A DNA stretch of 64,000 bases from Microbotryum violaceum. Its lineage: Eukaryota. The notes below the pieces were generated by a model. The model searched no databases. It was not told the DNA's origin and was given only the letters and a program-made list of their open reading frames with translations. Both the position numbers and the translations under genes were made by a program. Location: contig CDLV01000006.1 in the NCBI GenBank assembly GCA_001244265.2, positions 1,116,001 to 1,180,000 of the forward strand. The letters are read 5' to 3'. Positions 60,131 through 64,000 of the stretch are shown in pieces (the stretch's first letter is position 1; every line of letters starts with the position of its first letter).

Positions 60131-63100
60131 ATGGTGAAACAGTCGCGGTCGCTGAGCCTCGCTCGACACCCCAGCACCGCGCCACATGTGCCCTCGCTGT
60201 TCAGAAAGTCGGCGTCTTTGTCCGGTCTATCAGAATGGATGTGTGAGTTTGCTGTTGCCTCTCGCGCGTGATGTGTAGTGCGGGCTGATGCGACCGACAT
60301 CTCGATTCTGGCAGCTCGACACCTCAACTTCTACCGGTAAGCGCAACCGCAGCCCGGCCAGCACGGCGCAAGCTATGGTCGCCTGGCGCGTTTACTGACT
60401 CTGCAGTCATCTTGCCACACTCGTACTTTTACATCTCGACGCGCGTGTCGTGCCGTGCTGTGCCATGAATTCCCGACCCTGGCGTTCCCACCTTGTCCGC
60501 AGCGTGAGTCTCGTTCGTCCTCGTCCACGGTGGCTTAGGCCCCACGTGACGGCGACCGTCGGTGTCGCCCCGGTGCACTAGCTCGGTGTTGCAAACGTGG
60601 CTGATATCAAAGTCGTTTCCGCATACTCAAAGGTCCACATGCTTTTCTTCCTCTTCATGCCACTAGTCTCGTCGGGCATTTTTTATGCCTCGAATGGCGC
60701 GACAAAGGTGGCCTACATCGACGCGCTCTTCATGACCGTCTCGGCGTCGACCGTTACGGGACTCAACTCGGCCCTCTTAGGACCCATGACGAGGTGGCAG
60801 CAGACGATCGTGAGCTACACCAAACGCGTTACTTGTTCACATACTCCCGCCACGAGCCGCTAATGTGTCGCTGCGTGCTCTTGCTCGGGACTGCCACATC
60901 TTGCTTCGTTTGTAGCTCTTCGTAAGCCCCGACCCTGCTACGACTGTTCGGCGCCCCCACGGCCGGGCAATTGACCAGCACCATCATTCTCAATGTATCG
61001 TAGATTAACATGTGTGTCGGCTCTACCGTATTCGTCTCGCTGGTAACGATCGTCATTCGCCTGTAAGTCGCTTCGCCACGGCGTGCAGGCTCTCCGTTGG
61101 CTGACGTTCGATTGCCCGCAATGGTCCTCCTATTGCACTATTTTTACAGATCTTTCTTTCGACGGAAGTTTGAATACATGGTCGAGCATGACCCTGCGGC
61201 CCGTCAGCGAGTCAACCGCGTAGGCGCCGAGGAAGCACAATTGGAAGGGCGCTCGTTCCGACCCTTTCCCACCCATCTACGAGCTAGCGATATCGAGTTT
61301 GCGACTCACTCTCCAGCAGGCTCGAGTCCGATATGGACCAGGGAAGAAAAGAAGGAAGGCGGTGCTAATAATAAAAATAATAATAAGAAGAAGAAGAAGA
61401 AGAAGAAGAAAGGCCCGCTGCGCACCGACATGATCACGCGCGTCGATGTGCCTGTGCGCGTCAATCAGATGAACGTCACGGGATGGCTTAGCGACGAAGC
61501 GAAGGCAGCCGAGGAACTCGCGACCACGACCCAAGCCGGGGGAACCATCAAGGCGGGGGAGTTTGGTGGGGTCATCACCGCGGAACCAGAGGCTGCCGAA
61601 GAACCTGTGGCGTCTTCAGCACCTCACACCACCGCGATACACATAGATGATTCGACCAAGCCGGACCGAAGTCATCGCCACGTTCGTCGTACCAGCGACC
61701 CTATTGCGCATGCTCCTGCTTCTCTCTCACCTACGCACCAGAGTGTTGGCCTCCCCAGAGTGAAGACTTTGGACACTCACCATGCGCACGATCACCGCCA
61801 TGGCTCTCTGACGTCGCCGGCCTCACCAGACTTTCCGCGGTCTCGAACAATCGAGTTTCGAGACAACGGTGATTCGAACCTAAGGATGCGACGTACACGG
61901 ACAGGAGCTCAAGATGTGGATGTCCGTCGACGGCAGTCGCAAGGCAACCTTCGCGACATTGAAGCTCACACGTTGACCCGCACCGGCACGAATGCACCCG
62001 ACGCGCTCAACACAGGCTTCGGTGGGTTCCCCAACCCCATCGTGGTGGCGGCCGACTATGCGCGCAAGCGCATCCCCGTCTTCAACACCGTCGTGGAACG
62101 GAATTTGACGCTGCCCCCGACCCAAACGTTGGCTTCGGTGCACTTGGGACTTGGCCCACCTACCGATACGCAGAATCTCAAGCCAGTGTCCTACATTTCT
62201 TTCGACGCGGTGGTGGGTCGCAACTCAAAGTTCCGAGGACTCACGTCTGCGCAGCAAGAGGAGCTTGGAGGTGTCGAGTATCGCGCCCTACAACTCTTGC
62301 TGCGGATCGTTTTCGCCTACTGGATTGGACTGCAGCTTATTGCCGTCCTCGTGCTTGCACCGTGGCTGACGTATTCAGAGAGGTACCGGCCTGTCCTCGA
62401 GGATCCACAGTGGGCCGTGTCACCAACCTGGTTTGTCTTCTTCCAAGTTTGGTCCGCATTCAGCAACAATGGCATGAGGTGAGCTCCTAGTGTCCCACCT
62501 CGCCTTCGCCTGCGGGATCACCACACTAACCCGCCCATTTCATCGCCATAAGTCTGGTTGATGCCTCGATGGTCCCTTTCCAACAAGCCTACCCGCTCAT
62601 TGTTGTCATGAGTATCCTCATTCTGGGCGGCAATACTGCCTACCCTGTCTTCTTACGCATTTGTATCTGGATCATCTTCAAACTCGTTCCGCGACGTTCA
62701 AGAACCCGTGAAACCCTCCAATTCTTGCTGGACCACCCTCGTCGGTGCTATATCTACCTCTTCCCGTCCCATCAGACTTGGTTCCTTGTCTTTGTGCTCG
62801 TTATCCTCAACTCCATCGACTGGATCTCGTTCATCGTGCTCGACATTGGAAATACGGAGATCGAACGGTTGCCGGTGGGCATTCGTATTATTGATGGTCT
62901 CTTGCAAGCTTTCGCCGTGCGGGCTGCCGGGTTCGCCATCGTCACGCTCTCAGCCGTCGCTCCCGCTCTGCAACTCCTCTACGTCGTCATGATGTACGTC
63001 GCCGTCTACCCCATCGCCGTCTCGATTCGCAGCACGAACGTGTACGAAGAGAAATCTATGGGCGTTTTCGAGGAGGAAGAGGATGAAGACGATGTCGAAG

Positions 63101-63865
63101 CTCGCTTCGAAAAGTCGCACTCGGCTTCACAGTACATCTCGTACCATGCTCGAAAGCAGCTCGCTTTCGACATGTGGTGGCTGGTGCTCGCCGTGTGGCT
63201 CATTTGCATTATCGAGCGTCGCCTGATTGGAGATTTGGAGTACCCCGAGGTCACGATCTTCACCATCATGTTCGAGGTCGCCTCTGCATACGGTACTGTC
63301 GGCCTATCTCTCGGCACTTCGCGCAAGAACACCTCCTTGTCGGGAATTCTTCGAACGCTCTCAAAGCTCGTCCTGTGCGCCGTCATGTTTCGAGGTCGTC
63401 ATCGTGGTCTTCCTGTCGGTGAGTTGTGATGGCGCTACGCTTGCGTATCTCAATTGCTGACCTCTTGTATTGCTGTACCTGTGTATAGCTATCGATCGAT
63501 CCATTCTTTTGCCATCCGAGATCAAGACGGCCGAAACAGGATCGACGCGTGGCGATGGTGCCTCCGCGCGTCGTGGTTCGCGCAGTAGTTGCGCCAGTTC
63601 TGGTCGCGACGAAGACGGTCCTGGAGGGGAGGGCGGGCTTGAGACGGTCGAACCGGAAACGGATGAAGCTCGAACGGAGCGCGTGCGCCACGAATCGGGG
63701 CGAGAGAACTCGGGCGACGAGGCTTATGGATTTGAATACACCAAGCCGCCGACAGAACCACGTTCACGGCGTGAAGATGAATCGAGCGAGCTTGCCCATA
63801 AGAGTGACTTCAACGAAGGTGTTGTCTCGAACGATTCCGACAACACCATCAGCGAAACTCGATGA
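60131..63865 (+). CDS. TRK1: TRK-family potassium transporter, multi-exon
   Basis: RHLNFYR, YIDALFMTVSASTVTGLN, VVGRNSKF, ELGGVEYRAL, SAFSNNGM, GGNTAYP, RAAGF, SAYGTVGLSLG, RGRHRGLP. Confidence 0.96.
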
Positions 63866-64000
63866 CCGCAGTGAGGGGTGCTGCAGCGCTGTCCTTCAAC
63901 GGTCACTCTTCCACTGGCCTTGTATTTCATCATTTGAGTATGTTGTAACACGACCACTAGAATGGCTCTTATGCTGCCCATCAGCCAAGGTATGCATGGT

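Overview
Intron-rich, GC-rich eukaryotic DNA, most likely from a basidiomycete yeast of the Microbotryomycetes/Pucciniomycotina type (inferred from splice signals, gene content and TE types). It holds about 17 host genes: PRPP synthetase, ERG9, a small Lys-rich ORF, Ap4A phosphorylase, glutaredoxin, a TPR protein, polyol dehydrogenase, CTP synthase, MEX67, a GNAT, an ADP1-like ABCG transporter, two CFEM proteins, SNF5, a homeobox gene, a DsbA-like protein and a TRK K+ transporter. The mobile DNA is the most informative part. (1) Two diverged copies of one DNA-transposon family (8432-10510; 56591-59872) have ~31-bp TIRs starting AGGACCC and exact 8-bp TSDs. Both sit between divergently transcribed genes and lack a visible catalytic core. 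They look P-element-like, and the larger copy carries a Ulp1-like ORF. (2) A decayed DIRS/Ngaro tyrosine-recombinase retroelement has lost its RT core. (3) A complete but decayed Copia element appears to sit inside a 67-nt intron of the homeobox gene. It contains a solo LTR of another family and a fold-back LTR-derived palindrome with no TSD. A candidate H/ACA RNA lies in a PRPP synthetase intron. Gene models were built by eye and no database searches were run.
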